From a virus (Duplodnaviria; Caudoviricetes): a DNA stretch of 36,214 bases. Numbering within the stretch: the first letter of the stretch is position 1; each line of letters starts with the position of its first letter. Both the position numbers and the translations under genes were made by a program. Under the pieces are notes generated by a model, which saw only the letters and a list, made by a program, of their open reading frames with translations, was not told the DNA's origin and did not search any database. Below are positions 35,120 to 36,214 of the stretch, one piece after another. Location of the stretch: IMG/VR virus record IMGVR_UViG_3300042366_000091, positions 1 to 36,214 of that record. The stretch is one strand, 5' to 3'.

Positions 35120-35227
35120 CATCGTTGTCGTCGAAAGCAACATGAGGCCGCTTAGGAGAGCATCTTGCCCGAAGGGATTCCCCGAGGGTTTCGACCAAGA
35201 TGTTCTACCCAAGTGGCCTTTTTGTTT
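35120..35227 (+). ncRNA. Putative ~105-nt pseudoknotted RNA/attenuator ending in a terminator-like stem and U-tract
   Basis: Loop GTCGAAA pairs with TTTCGAC; AGGCCGCTT/AAGTGGCCT and AGAGCATCTTG/CAAGATGTTCT stems; TTTTTGTTT. Confidence 0.65.
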
Positions 35228-35239
35228 CCTAACTGACAA

Positions 35240-35425
35240 CCGCCCATGTGTCGGGGTAAACACGGCAGGCATGGGGGATATCCGGTACTGTGGGTAAGCT
35301 CTGAGAGACCGGGATGGGTGGCGAAGATAGCGCCCTTGAGCGAACGGCTGTCGGGCATGTGCGGCTCCGTCCAGCATGTAAGGTTTAGCCCTGTCTCTGG
35401 GAGGGCTAGGCTTTGCTCACCATCC
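35240..35425 (+). ncRNA. Putative second multi-stem structured RNA/DNA element
   Basis: At least five consecutive stems with G-U pairs. Confidence 0.5.
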
Positions 35426-35440
35426 AGCATAGAGGTCAGT

Positions 35441-35851
35441 ATGGGAAAACGTAAACAAGAAAGAAGAAAAAAAAGAAATCAAAAGTTTATAGATAGTCTA
35501 AAGAACAAGGCTATGAGACTTGACTGGATTGCTAAGTCATCAGGCATGAGTGACAACGCAGTTGCAGACATGTTAGACCTAGCTCACTGGTCATTTACAC
35601 AAACAGAAAAATGGAGAGAAGTCAGACGACAAGCTGTGGAAAAGTACGGGACAACTTGTGCTAAGTGTGGGAGACCCCAGAGTCCTGGCTATCCCGTCAA
35701 CATTGACCACATCAAGCCCCGTAAGTTCTACCCGCATCTAGCGTATGACCTAGACAACTTGCAACCACTGTGCGGCCCGTGCAACAAAGAAAAAGGTAAC
35801 GGCCCACCTGTTGACTATAGAAAAATTACAAGAGTTATCCAGCAAAGATAA
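35441..35851 (+). CDS. HNH endonuclease (McrA-like, CxxC...HNH...CxxC), 136 aa with basic N-terminus
   Basis: WREVRR...CAKCG...NIDHIKP...DNLQPLCGPCNKEK; GAGGT SD before ATG 35441. Confidence 0.9.
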   Translation: MGKRKQERRKKRNQKFIDSLKNKAMRLDWIAKSSGMSDNAVADMLDLAHWSFTQTEKWREVRRQAVEKYGTTCAKCGRPQSPGYPVNIDHIKPRKFYPHLAYDLDNLQPLCGPCNKEKGNGPPVDYRKITRVIQQR

Positions 35852-35891
35852 CCTGCCAAACCTTCCTAACTTTCACATAAAGGATGTTTCC

Positions 35892-36002
35892 ATGACTTGG
35901 CCATTCCCACCGTTTCCCAACCCTCTAGACCGACCTGGGCAAGCCCCAGGCCCGGACAAGTTCAACCCCAGCAAGGACAAATATGAGCCAGCCCCCTATT
36001 GA
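35892..36002 (+). CDS. 36-aa short allele of 94-327
   Basis: Same N- and C-termini; mostly synonymous divergence. Confidence 0.65.
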   Translation: MTWPFPPFPNPLDRPGQAPGPDKFNPSKDKYEPAPY

Positions 36003-36192
36003 CAAAGGAGTGCCTATCCCTAATCGCTTTCCCTTTGAACAAATGGAAGTAGGGGATAGCTTCGCAGTCCCAGACGGACTGAACAGAACTACCGTGTCTG
36101 TGGCTGCTAAGCGGTACGGTAGGAAGAACGATAGAGAGTTCATCACAAGGACTATGCCCGACAAGACTGTCAGATGCTGGAGGACAAAATGA
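35983..36192 (+). CDS. Allele of 308-517 (identical protein)
   Basis: 8 synonymous substitutions. Confidence 0.85.
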   Translation: MSQPPIDKGVPIPNRFPFEQMEVGDSFAVPDGLNRTTVSVAAKRYGRKNDREFITRTMPDKTVRCWRTK

Positions 36193-36214
36193 ATGTTGGA
36201 GATATCGTGCAGGT

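Larger units (their letters stand above)
1..36214. mobile_element. Near-complete tailed bacteriophage genome (Caudoviricetes, podovirus-like)
   Basis: TerL, portal, capsid, tail fibre, endolysin/holin and recombination genes in two divergent arms; ends overlap (422-539 = 36097-36214); no host housekeeping genes. Confidence 0.95.

Noticed and set aside
35317-35325. GGTGGCGAA match to the ColE1 origin region
   Set aside because: Nine bases is chance-level; not used as evidence of homology.
35246-35440. 65-aa N-terminal extension of the HNH ORF
   Set aside because: No SD at 35246, sequence dominated by stems, good SD before ATG 35441; not fully excluded.
1-36214. tRNA, rRNA, integrase/att sites, alternative genetic code
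   Set aside because: No cloverleaf or T-loop consensus seen in intergenic gaps; no recombinase ORF; genes tile densely under the standard code.

Overview
The window is an essentially complete (~35.7 kb circular-equivalent) tailed dsDNA phage genome, probably podovirus-like: no tape-measure or tail-tube module is seen, and it has adaptor, nozzle and ejection proteins. The accessory gene families suggest a freshwater Betaproteobacteria host (inference). Two divergent arms start from a non-coding control region at ~32.8-33.5 kb. The + arm (33529 to the end, continuing at 1-6323) holds small early genes, a structured-RNA locus plus HNH gene, a YqaJ/RecT-like recombination pair, an SSB-like protein, a PD-(D/E)XK nuclease and a glycosyltransferase. 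The - arm (32810 to 6310) holds TerL, a second glycosyltransferase-like gene, portal, scaffold, capsid, tail, ejection and lysis genes. The two window ends are diverged alleles of the same locus. I recognise no polymerase, primase, helicase, initiator, integrase or repressor. Most notable: (1) a start-less winged-helix ORF joined to the RecT-like gene by a canonical -1 frameshift signal (GGAGG-9 nt-C CCA AAG); (2) two tandem units of tiny Arg/Lys peptide + GNRA hairpin + H-type pseudoknot + SD after the portal; (3) a promoter-driven, pseudoknotted ~320-nt non-coding RNA locus before an HNH gene; (4) a pseudoknot leader on the glycosyltransferase; (5) a shared CCTAAC...GGAGGTTTCC leader on early genes. 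Family assignments are from motif recognition by eye and RNA structures are hand-paired; no searches were run.
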